This document shows, in pieces, positions 39,961 to 53,334 of a stretch of DNA of 64,000 bases (the first letter of the stretch is position 1; the number at the start of each line of letters is the position of its first letter). The DNA comes from the human T2T-CHM13v2.0 reference genome, Homo sapiens. The position numbers and the translations under genes are program-made. The notes beneath the pieces are model-generated. The model made no database searches and was not told where the DNA came from. It saw only the letters and a program-made list of their open reading frames with translations. Location: the NCBI RefSeq assembly GCF_009914755.1, contig NC_060929.1, one strand, 5' to 3'.

Positions 39961-42900
39961 TAGCAGAATTTAAAAGTTCTTGTTTATATTTGGCAATAAT
40001 ACATATGTAATTCCTTTGGTCTTTCTCAATTAATGAATAAAAAAAAATCTCACCGATATCTGTTTTTAATATACCAGAAATATCTGGTTTTATATACTTG
40101 ACATATCCTGGATATACATAGATATATATGTAAATATAGAGATAGATATAGATGTAGAATAGATAAATGAGTGTGCTCACTTTGTGATAATTATAAGTTG
40201 TGTATTTTCATTCTATATTATATACTCCAATAAAATTCTTATTAAAAATGGAAACATGTTAACTATCATTTTATCTAATTCAGCTCATTTGAAAATGACA
40301 GTCAGTGCAAAGTGGTTTAAAGTTAAGGTTACAGAGAAAAATGATAATGTTACCATTCAAGTTGAATCCATAGCTGTATACATTCTGATGTATAGCAGTT
40401 TCCTGCCACTAAGTCCAATTTGTTCTGAGAGTGAAAGGGAAGTAAAACATGCTTAGGTTAGATTGCTTTCACAAATACTATAAACAGGCATAATAAGGTC
40501 ATGATATTTCAAAATCAAGTACACTGGAAGACCCTGTCTTTTCACAGAGTTCTTTAGGAAACTATGCAGAAGGTTAACTTGCCTCTAAAACCCCAATTCC
40601 TTAATGGACCACTCCATGAGAGATGGAAGCAACATCTATTCACTGGAGTCAAGGCAATTTCTGGTGATATCTTGCATAGAGTAGGCCTGGGTCATCCTGT
40701 CTTCTTGCAGTAACTAAATCTGGGTCTTTGGGCAAAAATTGATTAGAAAAGATGAATTGGTTAAAAAAATTGGAGGGGTAAATATATTACACCTAACTGC
40801 CACCCAAATGGCTGAAAACAAAAACAGCACTAACTCTTTTTGAATAAATCAATTTTCATTTATTTATTTATTTATTTGTTCCTTTGTTTGTTTGAATAAC
40901 TGATTCATCTTTAGACACAATTGATTCACATAATTTGAGTATATTACAATGTGTGTCTAGCTCCAATACTTTTAAGCCAGATATCAACCCAGATATCCTA
41001 TCTCTTTAGATTTTTTGTAAATATAATTGACTGAAAATCTACTCCAGCTATGGTGGAATCCCAGGATCCAGGAAATCTATCCAAAACTTCTGGGGAGAGT
41101 CAGGAAAAGAAGAAGGGTGCAATGAGTGATTTTTTCATAATCACTGCTAGTTATATTTCCTCATTTATGGACTGTCATATATATATATAAATATATGAAA
41201 ACTATACAGAAGGTTAACTTGCTATATATTCTACTCTAATATCCCAGTGTGGAATTCAGCACCCATTCCCTAAGATTCCCCTCAAACATCACTCACACAA
41301 GTGTAGACGTATATAACCTGTATTCTGGTGTGACAGAGTGGTTTTACATAGCCATATGGCTCTACTCCTTCCCTACTTCAAACTCCTTTCCTCCCCTTTC
41401 AGTTTTTCTTTTTTATTCTCATGCAATTTCTAGACATCTTTTGCCATATTCAAAACTCCTTAATGACAAAACAAAGGACCAACTACTCACAAAAACACTA
41501 TTTAGCACAACAGAAACAACTGTCTTTTTCTTATATCTCACCATCAATTTCCAGGAGGGGACAAAAGTGACATAAATTGATTTACCCTTTGATTTAAATT
41601 ATGCAACCCTCTTTACCAAGGCTAGTTGTCTACAGTAGTTCTGGGTAAATGAGAAAATATATCTTTCCTTATTTTCACCGTTTATCCTACTATTTCACTG
41701 TCTCTATATCTTTAGCTTAATCTTGCCTGTATTCAGTCTCCCTTGTTAAGTTTCTCCTCCCATTTTTGTTTCCTTTTTGTGATTCATGTTCTTGCATCAA
41801 CCTTCCTTTATTGTTTCTTATTATGCCTTTCTTCTGTACTCCATCTTCATTCCCTTATATGTCAAGGTTAAAAAATTTGATTTGAACCCAAGTCATTCTT
41901 ACTTCAATGACCATTTTCTCTCTACTTTATCAAGCTGTCTGCATATATGCACCGGGACCAACTACCTTCTTGTAAAAGCAATTTTTGATCATACTTCTAA
42001 ATGCTTAAAGTTAGCAAATAGAATGAATTATTTTACACGTGATGCTAAACATATTTAATTATAAGATAATATGTCAATATTAAATCTAAGTTTTGTTTAC
42101 ATTAGCGTGCCTATTTTAAATTTTATTTAAATTAAAATGTGTTCTGATGTAGAAAATATTTTGTTTCTATTTACATCCCTACAGTCAATGTAAGATACCA
42201 TTATTCACTGTTTGATTTATGAATATATTTATATTATCTCATAGCAGATTATTTATTCATTTAGCAAATATCCCTGTGCACTTATTTTGTATTCTGTGTA
42301 ATTCCAGAGAGAAGAGAGAGACATAGCAATATGATAAGAATTAAACTAGAACTATGTACAAGGTGCTTTCAAATGGAGAAGGAATAACATAATGATAATG
42401 ATAATGACATAATGACAATAATGACCATATGGAGGAGTTTCAGGAAAATAGTATCCCATTTGGTCTCTGTTTTACAGATGAGGAAAAAAAACGTTTTGGT
42501 AGTTGAAATAATTATAGATTTATATCAACATTCATATTTTGAATAATTTGAAGGAAAAATTTAAACCTTTTCCTGTCTGTCTGAAAAGTCCATTTACTGT
42601 AGTATATTGCCTTCATGTGTAATTTGTACCATTCTATGTAATACATAAATACATATATTCATAATAGTAGGCATAAGTCACTTTAATTCAATAAAAGTAA
42701 TTCTGAGAAGTTTTCATTGGAGCAACATATTTTCATCCCTTCTGTTTGAAGGAAAAAAAAATTGTGTAGGCTTGGTGTATACAATGCAATATGATCACTA
42801 ACAACTTCTGCCTATAGTGCTAATTAAGATTTCACCAGATGATTGCCTTTGAAATATGTTCAGTGCATATTTAGATGGTAGAATAAGAAAAAGAGTGGAT

Positions 42901-44199
42901 GCAAATCTGCCTGAGCTGTGCACAACCATGTCATACAGTGGCAGTGATAAACACATGAATACGATAATATTTAAAAGTGCCATTGCCCAGAGCAATCTAG
43001 GCAAACAATTAGAGACACTCCTCACAGGGGAATTATAGAAATTCTTAACTAGGGCAACTTACAATCTTTTATATTCTTTAATTTGAAAATCACTCTGGAT
43101 ACTTCATCTATTCATTGCAGTTTAGCCCATTTTTAGGCTGATGAACCAATGGATTATAGATTTAAAAATTTTATTTTATATGAATGATACATTATCATAA
43201 AATTATTTCACAAATGAAATTGATTACAATTAGAGCTGTTCAAGCAGGAGTTTGTTTTTGCTTCTTATGAATTAAACAGTCTAACAAATTTGTGAGCTAA
43301 AAATTCACACACCTTTGATAGAAGACAAAACCAAGACTATGATTTATGTCATATAAAACTAGGCAATACAGTCATGGAAGAAGCCAACATTGATTACCAA
43401 AATCATCAACTACAAGAATAAACGTTAACAACTAAATGGTAGATCCAACTCAAGTCTATAATATATTCCTTAAATAAAATTATCTTTAAAAGATACAACT
43501 TTTGGACTGTAATACTATTCTGATTAGTGGGCTCTTAGCCAAAAATTTAAAAGACACTGCAGATCTCATTATTGTGTGTTGATCTAGTATTTCCTGTCAT
43601 TGAAGAATGAAAAGCAAGGGTTTTTTGAAACATTGTTCATGCTCTTATATTCTCTAAGTCCTAGGCAAGAACTTACAATTCTGCTGAAGAACCAGGTAGA
43701 GCTTATTAGCTAGTGTTGTAAATTTTATCTTAAGCTGACCCTCACAATTGGAGAGTCCATTTTATTCTTCTCCATGCCTCACCTCTTTGCTTACATCTTC
43801 CTTAAAGTTCACTGCTGCCTAAAGACACTCTAAGTGATCCACATTCAGATCTGATTATATTTATAAGTTCTCTTTAACATTTACTTAAATAATTCTAGAA
43901 ATCTTATTTAGTAAACTTTTTCTTATAATCTTTTAGATTCTCCCACATGCATTTATTTTGTGCAAACATTAAATAAGAAATTGTACATTTCTAGTCCTGT
44001 ACTTTCCCAAGGTATAATTTAAGCATCTAGCCTTAATTGAGTTCATTTAGAATTCTTTATACAATTTCACTTTCTTTACAGCCTTCTACCCCAAAAGATT
44101 ATTTATCCAATTGGAAAGAAAAAGTATTTTGTCTATTGATTTAAATCCTTTAGAAGGATGCTGAGAAAAATTTGCAATCGATTTGTTCATTGGGCACTA

Positions 44200-44440
44200 A
44201 ATAATAATAATAAAGATAATAAAATATTATTTTTAAATTAGATTTTATACTATGTGTCAGAAACAGTTAAGGACTTTATTTCATTCAGAGCAACAATATG
44301 TACAACACGATCACCATGTTACAGACAAATAAACTGAGGCTTTATTGTTTAAAGTAGTTTGGCCAAGGTCACACAGGTAGTACATGGAATTGTCAAGATT
44401 CTAATCAAGGTTTGTCTGAATCTAAAGTACTTTCTAACAA
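44200..44440 (-). mobile_element. MIR SINE
   Basis: ttacagacaaataaactgaggct...gccaaggtcacacaggtagt. Confidence 0.8.
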
Positions 44441-45574
44441 TTATGTGAATAGTTTTCCCTGCCAACGAATAAGTAATCAGAGCAGATAGTTGAAGCAAAT
44501 GTTATCAGTAGTATAAACATGTCTGAGTGCTTTACCCAAACTCTAAGCACTCTGAGCATGTGATCAGACTCATAGCAGATCAAAACATTTTCTCTTGCTG
44601 ACTGAAGCCTCCTGGATTGTGTCCTTAGTGGATTTTCTCTGATAACAATAATAAATCTAGATACATATTAATGCAACATATTAGTTTTTACTTAAATTTT
44701 TTTAATATAATTTTATTTATCATCAATTCTATCTACATTTTGGGATGAATTTCAAAATTATTTCACCTAATACATGAAGCATAACTTTTTTATCTAGATT
44801 TTAAATGTTATGGCATAAACGGAACTAGCCTGGAGTCTGCCCTACTGAATTATTCTCCTGATTCAGTCGCTAGAGAACAATGTGCTCACAAGCAAGTTAC
44901 ACAGGCCTTGTGAATCTAAGGTCTTTCTTATTTGTAGATATAGAAGATTGGAATTTATTATATTTGTGGTATTATCCAGTTCTTCTAATAGAAGACAAAG
45001 AACATACGATTTACTTAGAATACAAAAATGTATTTATTACTTATATAAATAAAATAAAAAGTTAAGGCCTACAAATAACATTAACCAACAAATAAATAAT
45101 AGTCCAATATTATTGTGCAGTCTCTAAATTTATTTTTTTAAACTAGGATAAAAAAAGAAAACTATCTGAGTTTTACCAAACTATACAAATGGAAAAATCA
45201 AATTAAGCCTCTTAGAACCTGTATCTTAGAAGACAAGTGTATTTTTCACAAAAGGAAATACTGGGAAAGTTAGCACACTCTGCCAGCTATGGCTGACCAG
45301 TCAGAAACCCTCAGAGAACATGCATATTCTCTAAAAAGAAAAAAGGTAGATGGCAGTGACTTTTCTCGGATCATGGTTGATTGTTATCAGAACCCAATTT
45401 CAGGTGTTATTTAGTAAGTACATAAGCAACTAAGCTCTGGCACCAGATTGTCTGGGTCTGAAACCTGGCCACGCACTCACTACATGAACTTTGCTTCTTA
45501 TCTTTATGCTTCAGTTTCCAATTCTTTGTATACTTTCTGTTTCTAAAATTATATTAGTAAAGCAAGTTTTATTT

Positions 45575-46850
45575 TATGTTTATAATTTCAGCTTTTATTT
45601 TAGATTCAGGGGGTACATGTGCAGGTTTATTACCTGAGTATACTGCATGATACTGAGGTTTGGGGTATTATTGATCCCATCACTCCGGTATTGAGCCTAG
45701 TAGTTTTTTAACTCTTGCCCCCTTTTCTTCCTCCTCCCTCTAATAGTCTCCAGTGTCTACTGCCAACATTTTTATGTCTATGAGTATCCATTGGTTAGCT
45801 CCCAGTTATAAATGGGAACATGCAGTATTTGGTTTTCTATTCCTGCATCAATCCCTTAGGGTAATGGACTCCAGCTGCATCCATGTTGCTGCAAAGGACA
45901 TGATTTTTTTCTTTTTCATGGCTGCATAGTATTCCATGATGTATATGTACCCCCATTTTTTTTAAATAGTCCACCATTGATGGGCACCCAGGTTGATTCC
46001 ATGTCTTTGCTATTGTGAATAGCACTGCGATGAACATACAAGTGTATGTGTCCTTTTGGTAGAACAATTTATTTTCTTTTCAATATACACCTAGTAATGG
46101 GACTGCTGGGTCAAATGGTAATTCTATTTTAAGTTCTTTGAGAAATCTCCAAACTGCCTTCCACACTATATGGACTAATTTACACTCCCACCATCACTGT
46201 ATAAGTGTTCCCTTTTCTCCAAAGCCTTGTCAGCATCTGTTGTTTTTGGACATTCTAATAATAGCCATTCTAACTGATGTAAGATGGCATCTAATTGTGG
46301 TTTTGATTTGCATCTCTCTGATGATTAGAGATTTTGATCATTTTTTCATATGTTTTTTGGCCACTTGTATGTCTTCTTTTGAGGAGTGTCCATTCATAAC
46401 TTTTGCTAATTTTTTAATGGAGTTATTTGTTTTTTGCTTGTTGAGTTGTTAAGTTACTTTCAGATTCTGGATATTAGACATTTGTCAGATGCACAGCTGG
46501 CAAATATTTTATCCCATTCTGTAAAGTGTCTATTTGCTCCGTTGATATTTTCTTTTGCTGTGAAAAAGCTCCTTAGTTTAATTAGTTACAACTTGTCAAT
46601 TTTTGTTTTAGTTGCAAATGCTTTTGAGGAATTAGTCATAAATTATTTCCAAGGCCAATGTCCAGAATCCTTCTACTAGATTTTCTTCTAGAGTTCTTAT
46701 AGTTTGATATCTCACATAGAAATATTTATTCTATTTTGATTTAACTGTTGTACATGGTAATAAGCAGGGGTCCAGTTTCAATCTTCTGCGTATAGCTAGC
46801 CAGCTATCCCAGCACCATTTATTGAATAAGGAGTCCTTTCCCCCATGCTT
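45575..46850 (-). mobile_element. 5'-truncated L1PA15/16-like LINE-1
   Basis: ttttagattcagggggtacatgtgcaggttt...tgaggtttggggt 3'UTR, then antisense ORF2 to gagtcctttcccccatgcttg. Confidence 0.9.
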
Positions 46851-47383
46851 GATAAACATGACATGGCTTACCCTTGTTTCTTTGCTGAAAGACTGTCTTA
46901 GAAATATGACCTTCTCAGTTTTCTTGTTACCCAAGATAAATGTTCATAGTAAAATCTTCTCACCCAAATAAATATGTATGACCTATTTACATAGATGATA
47001 AGGCAATCTGTAATGATTAGGATTATCAAGTTTGAATCAGATTACTTCAAAAAGGTTTCATAGAGGAAGTAAACTTCGATGAAACAAACAAAGAATAAAG
47101 ATAAGTAGAAAAGGTATTTCAAAGTTATGGCTTAATAAAGACTTAGAATTAAGAGTGAATTTATTGAACAATATATGGAACTAGGATACAAAAGACAACC
47201 TAATAAATATGAAAACAAAAACATTTTTCTATTCAGTTTGATTTTTGAAATCCTATTTCCTGACATTGCTGAGAGCAAAACTCTAATTTAGACAAACCTC
47301 TTAATGATTTCAAGTTTATTACATCTATAAAGTGTACACCATGAATGATAAGCTAGCTGGTAAGGCATAAAAATGGGCAAGCA

Positions 47384-48945
47384 GTTATCTGTTCATATCC
47401 TTCGTCTACTTTTTGATGGAATTGTTTTTTTTCTTGTAAATTTGTTTAAATTCCTTGTAGAATCTGGATATTAGCCCTTTGTCAGATGGATACGTTGCAA
47501 AACTGTTCTCCCATTCGATAGGTTGCCTGTTCACTCTGATGATAGTTTCTTTTGCTGTGCAGAAACTCTTTAGTTTAATGAGATCCCATTTGTCAGTTTT
47601 GGCTTTTGTTGCCATTGCTTTTGATGTTTTAATCATGAAGTCTTTGCCCATGCCTATGTCCTGAATGGTATTGCTTAGGTTTTCTTCTAGGGTTTTTATG
47701 GTTTTAGGTCTTACATTTAAGTCTTTAATCCATCTTGAGTTAATTTTTGTATAAGGTGTAAGGAAGGGGTCCAGTTTCAGTTTTCTGCTTATGGCTATCC
47801 AGTTTTCCCAACACCATTTATTACATAGGGAATCATTTCTCCATTAATAGTTTCTGTCACGTTTGTCAAAGATCAGATGGTTGTACATGTTGGCATTATT
47901 TCTGAGGCCTCTGTTCTGTTCCATTAGTCTATATATCTGTTTTGGTACCAGTGCCATGCTGTGTTGGTTACTGTAGCCTCGTAGTATAGTCTGAAGTCAG
48001 GTAGCATGATGCCTCCAGCTTTGTTCTGTTTGCTTAGGATTGTCTTGGCTATACGAGCTCTTTCTTGGTTCCATATTAAACAACCCCATCAAATATTTAA
48101 AAAAAACAAACAACCCCATCAAAAAGTGGGCGAAGGATATGAACAGACACTTCTCAAAAGAAGACATTTATGCAGCCAACAAACATGAAAAAAAGCTCAT
48201 CATCACTGGTCATTAGAGAAATGCAAATCAAAACCACAATGAGATTCCATCTCATGCCAGTTAGAATGGTGATCATTAAAAAGTCAGGAAACAACAGATG
48301 CTGGAGAGGATGTGGAGAAATAGGAACACTTTTACACTGTTGGAGGGAGTGTAATTTAGTTCAACCGTTGTGGAAGACAGTGTGGCAATTCCTCTAGGAT
48401 CTAGAACCAGAAATAGCATTTGACCCTGCAATCCCATTACTGGGTATATACCCAAAGTATTATAAATCATTATACTATAAAGACACATGCACACATATGT
48501 TTATTGCAGCACTATTCACGATAGCAAAGACTTGGAACCATGCCCATCAATGATAGACTGGATAAGGAAAATGTGGCACATACACACCATGGAATACTAT
48601 GCAGCCATAAGAAGGATGAGTTCATGTCGTTTGCAGGGGCACAGATGAAGCTGGAAACCATCATTCTCAGCAAAATAACACAGGAACAGAAAACCAAACC
48701 CTGCATGTTCTCACTCATAAGTGGGGGTTGAACAATGAGAACACATGGACACAGGGAGGAGAATATCATACACCGGGGCCTATCAGGGAGTGATGGTGCC
48801 AGGGGAGGGATAGCATTAGGAGAAATACCTAAAGTAGATGATGGGTTGATGGGTGCAGCAAGCCACCATGGCATGTGTATACCTATTTAACGAACCTGCA
48901 CGTTCTGCATATGTATCCCAAAACTTAAAGTACAATAATAAAAAT
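47384..48945 (+). mobile_element. L1PA7/8-like LINE-1 with 5' inversion (inverted 47388-48076; sense ~48099-48945)
   Basis: TSD (at)aaaaatgggcaagca at 47367-47383 and 48944-48960; orientation switch after ttggttccatat. Confidence 0.96.
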
Positions 48946-51140
48946 AAAAATGGGCAAGCAAGGTAAGCTAGTAGTCATCTGCTACACAAATGGAACTACA
49001 AATATATTTAAGTCTGCCTAACTTGAGACAAATCAAAACCTCTTAGCCACCTGTAGTAATTTCAGGGTAATCTGCTACTCAAAAATGAAACCAACTTGGA
49101 TTTATCAAAATAAGAAAAAGGCAGTGCAAAAATAGTCCTCTTAGCCAAAGTGAAAATGAAAACTGAGAAATACCACACCAGGAAGCTTTCTCCAACACCC
49201 AGTTTCAGAGTCCAGAGAAAAGAAATCCTTTTTGGAAAGCTTTTGAGATATAATTACTTAAACTTTGTTTATAGTGGCACAATGAATTCTTTTCTGTTCT
49301 TACCTTGCCAAAAAGTAAACCCCTAATGGATTAGGAATATCAACAACTGAAATACGGAAAACCTTACAGTAGAAGGATGCCAAGAAGTATGAAATGTTTC
49401 TGAGTCGATTTCCTCCTTTGTGTTAGCAGCTGAACTCTACATTATTTCTTTCAACTTTGTCTATGTTCCCCCTTCTTAAAAGTCCCTTTTGTCCATTGCT
49501 TTCAGGATTTCCACTTTGCATTGAATTAATAGTATTATTAAATATGCTGTCAGGATTTCCTTCCATTTGTTTTCACTCCTATCATTTACCTAGTTTTCTA
49601 AATGTATGTCATATTTAATATTTTTACTAAAAAACTTCATAGTCTTGAGCTGTCTCACAAAGGAATTTTTTGCATATTCACTTAAACTAAAAGTAATTAA
49701 GTTTCTAATTCTGCTTGCATTGTAAACATTAACTGTTGGATATTTACATGTTTTGAGTGGCAAATGCTATGATTTTGAGTTTCCTTATTTTATTTACACA
49801 CAGGGAAATTCTAAATCGTAACATTTACCATTTTTCTTATGAACAAATTGTTTAAAAATAAAAGTATTTTTTATTGGTGATGCTTTATATTCCCGTATAT
49901 GTCCCTACCATTAACAAATAAGTACATATGCCAGTTCCTTGCCCACAAGCTGATTTTACACGTGGGGAACACTGAATCATTATCCTGGCAGACTCTAGAC
50001 TTAAGAAACCCAGCTGCTTTAATGACCATGAATATGTTGCCAGACTTCTTTGATTTTTCTCAGAGCCTCTCCTTGTAAATTGCAGCTACATTTTTCAGCC
50101 CACCTGGTTGTCCCAGTTCTGCATTAGCCTCCTCTCTAACCAATGTACATAAAGCCTCCTTCGCTATGTGAGGACTTGCACCCTTACCTGCCCCTGCCCA
50201 CTTCACTGCCCAGGCTCAGTGGTCTGGCTGCATATGGTTTTCATCTCCAGGTATCATCTTGGTTTCCACTTCTCCTCCCTAGCTCTCTTCCCTGGAGGTC
50301 AGGCCACCCTGCTTCCCCAATTATGAAAATTCCAAATGACACCGAGGAATCTCAGTCTCACTACTTTAGATAAATACATATTTTTTCCGTTGTTGCATTT
50401 TATGATTTTACTAAGCACCAGATGTAAAACATCCTGTCATATAAGCATTCCTAACCTACCTTTCTAGAGATTAATTTTAATTATTATGATCTGGCATTAA
50501 AAACATGGGTGACTATCATTTACTGAGATAACACATTATTTCATAATGGTGGTAGATTTAGAAGCAAAGCATTACAGCTTAACAGAAGAAAGCTAATAAT
50601 GCATAAACACCTGTTTCTCAAACTCTGTGTATCCATAACCCAACTTTTTTGAAAAAGAACTTGACAAAAGTGGTGGTGCTATTAAGCATAGACATTCCTC
50701 ATTACCAAATAGAATTTATTACATATTGTAATGCAGTCAGTTATATTATAAAAAAATAGGGCTCTAAGCTACTGACACACTAACTATTTAAATGTAAAAA
50801 CAATCCTGAGTTTTATTAAAAATTACATTAAGGTAAATAGAAAAAAATACAGCTCATCTCCAATACAACTGATATAAAAAGTAAGCTTTGATATATTAAT
50901 TTCAAATATGTTTATAATATTTATTGTGAAATATATGTTGGCTATCGTAAATTTAGAAAAGAAGTTAAACATGAACACAAATTTTCCATAATTTGCAGCA
51001 TAGAAAAAATGATGACAATAACTTTATTATACATTTCCCACCATTATATGCACAGGTACAATTATGTACTTAACAATAAAACATAAAAAGAGACATTTTA
51101 TGCACAATAAAGCCAATCCTATTTTTAAAAAAATAGTTTG

Positions 51141-51204
51141 TGAATGTCTCTTATGTCATTAAATATGAGACATTAATGTCTCTTAATGGCATAAGAGACA
51201 TTCA
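51141..51204. repeat. 64-bp near-perfect palindrome
   Basis: tgaatgtctcttatgtcattaa atat gagacattaatgtctc ttaatggcataagagacattca: 22-bp arms with 1 mismatch and a perfect 16-bp central palindrome. Confidence 0.95.
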
Positions 51205-51477
51205 GCATTATTTTGCACTTACTATTTAAATAATTATTTCAAAATGAATTCATAAATTATGTTTTGTGAACATCTGCATATTTGAGTATGTATTTTGTTG
51301 ATTTGCACATCTACAAAACAAGTGAATTGACATAAAAATATTGACTACTGCTTTTATGTCTCAAAGCTCTTCACTTTAGTCTTAATTTATTATTGCAGAG
51401 GAAAAGTCTAGTGCCATACTGGTTACTCTTTTTATACTCAACATGTTTTTTCCACCTGGATATTTTTAACAGTTTTT

Positions 51478-51480
<3 letters not shown>

Positions 51481-51520
<40 letters not shown>
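51481..51520. repeat. (TG)20 microsatellite
   Basis: Direct read. Confidence 0.98.
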
Positions 51521-51524
<4 letters not shown>

Positions 51525-51643
51525 GGGATGTTGTATTAAATCTCCTAGAATATTGTTGAAAATTTTTAATCTGAATAAATATGCTGATCTCAAAAAATTT
51601 CTTCTGTTATACCTTGATTGGTTTTTTGAAAACACTTGTTCTA

Positions 51644-53008
51644 CTATATTGATTCTTCCTACCCATGAGCATGGAATGTTCTTCCATTTGTTTGTATCCT
51701 CTTTTATTTCCTTGAGCAGTGGTTTGTAGTTCTCCTTGAAGAGGTCCTTCATATCCCTTGTAAGTTGGATTCCTAGGTATTTTATTCTCTTTGTAGCCAT
51801 TGTGAATGGGAGTTCACTCATGATTTGGCTCTCTGTTTGTGTGTTGTTAGTGTATAAGAATGCTTGTGATTTTTGTACATTGATTTTGTATCCTGAGACT
51901 TTGCTGAAGTTGCTTATCAGCTTAAGGAGATTTTGGGCTGACACAACGGGGTTTTCTAGATATACAATCATGTCGTCTGCAAACAGGGACAATTTGACTT
52001 CCTCTTTTCCTAATTGAATACCCTTTATTTCCTTCTCCTGCCTAATTGCCCTGGCCAGAACTTCCAACACTATGTTGAATAGGAGTGGTGAGAGAGGGTA
52101 TCCTTGTCTTGTGCCAGTTTTCAAATGGAATGCTTCCAGTTTTTGCCCATTCAGTATGATATTGGCTGTGGGTTTGTCATAGATAGCTCTGAACAGACAC
52201 TTCTCAAAAGAAGACATTTATGCAGCCAAAAAACACATGAAAAAATGCTCACCGTCACTGGCCATCAGAAAAATGCAAATCAAAACCACAATGAGATACC
52301 ATCTCACACCAGTTAGAATGGCAATCATTAAAAAGTCAGGAAACGACAGGTGCTGGAGAGGATGTGGAGAAATAGGAACACTTTTACACTGTTGGTGGGA
52401 CTGTAAACTAGTTCAACCATTGTGGAAGTCAGTGTGGCGATTCCTCAGGGATCTAGAACTAGAAATACCATTTGACCCAGCCATCCCATTACTAGGTATA
52501 TACCCAAAGGACTATAAATCATGCTGCTATAAAGACACATGCACACGTATGTTTATTGCGGCATTATTCACGATAGCAAAGACTTGGAACCAACCCAAAT
52601 GTCCAACAATGATAGACTGGATTAAGAAAATGTGGCACATATACACCATGGAATACTATGCAGCCATAAAAAAGGATGAGTTCATGTCCTTTGTAGGGAC
52701 ATGGATGAAATTGGAAATCATCATTCTCAGTAAAATATCGCAAGAACAAAAAAACAAACACCGCATATTCTCACTCATAGATGGTAATTGAACAATGAGA
52801 ACAGGTGGACACAGGAAGGGGAACATCACACTCTGGGGCCTGTTTTGGGGTGGGGGGAGGGGGGAAGGATAGCATTGGGAGATATACCTAATGCTAGATG
52901 ATGAGTTAGTGGGTGCAGCACACCAGCATGGCACAGGTATACATATGTAACTAACCTGCACATTGTGCACATGTACCCTAAAACTTAAAGTATAATAATA
53001 ATAATAAT
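51644..53008 (+). mobile_element. L1PA3-like LINE-1 with 5' inversion and internal deletion (inverted 51646-52190; sense 52190-53008)
   Basis: Perfect 15-bp TSD aaaacacttgttcta at 51629-51643 and 53009-53023; junction gatagctct|gaacagacac; 3'UTR gctagatgatgagttagtggg; (TAA)n tail. Confidence 0.97.
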
Positions 53009-53239
53009 AAAACACTTGTTCTAATTTCTTTATATTATTAATGTTTCTTTAGATCATTTTCCATTATTATCATGCACATAATAGTCTCACATGCCCTTCA
53101 AAAGCTGCTTCTATGATTTATGTTAAAATGTGTTCCGAACTTTTAAAAAAATTATTAACACAAAATAAGGTCCATTCAGATTTAATATTTACCAATGGGC
53201 ATATGTGTATGTGTATATAGCAAGATTTCCTTCTAATCC

Positions 53240-53320
53240 AGTGGTCAGAAAACTTATTGTGCAAGGAATCCAATAGTAAATATTTGAGACTTTGCAGCCC
53301 ATACAGTCTCAGCCACAACT
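53240..53320. mobile_element. MER58A terminal fragment
   Basis: cagtggtcagaaaactt...ccaatagtaaatatttgagactttgcagcccatacagtctc...cacaactc. Confidence 0.7.
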
Positions 53321-53334
53321 CCTGCCCAACCCTG

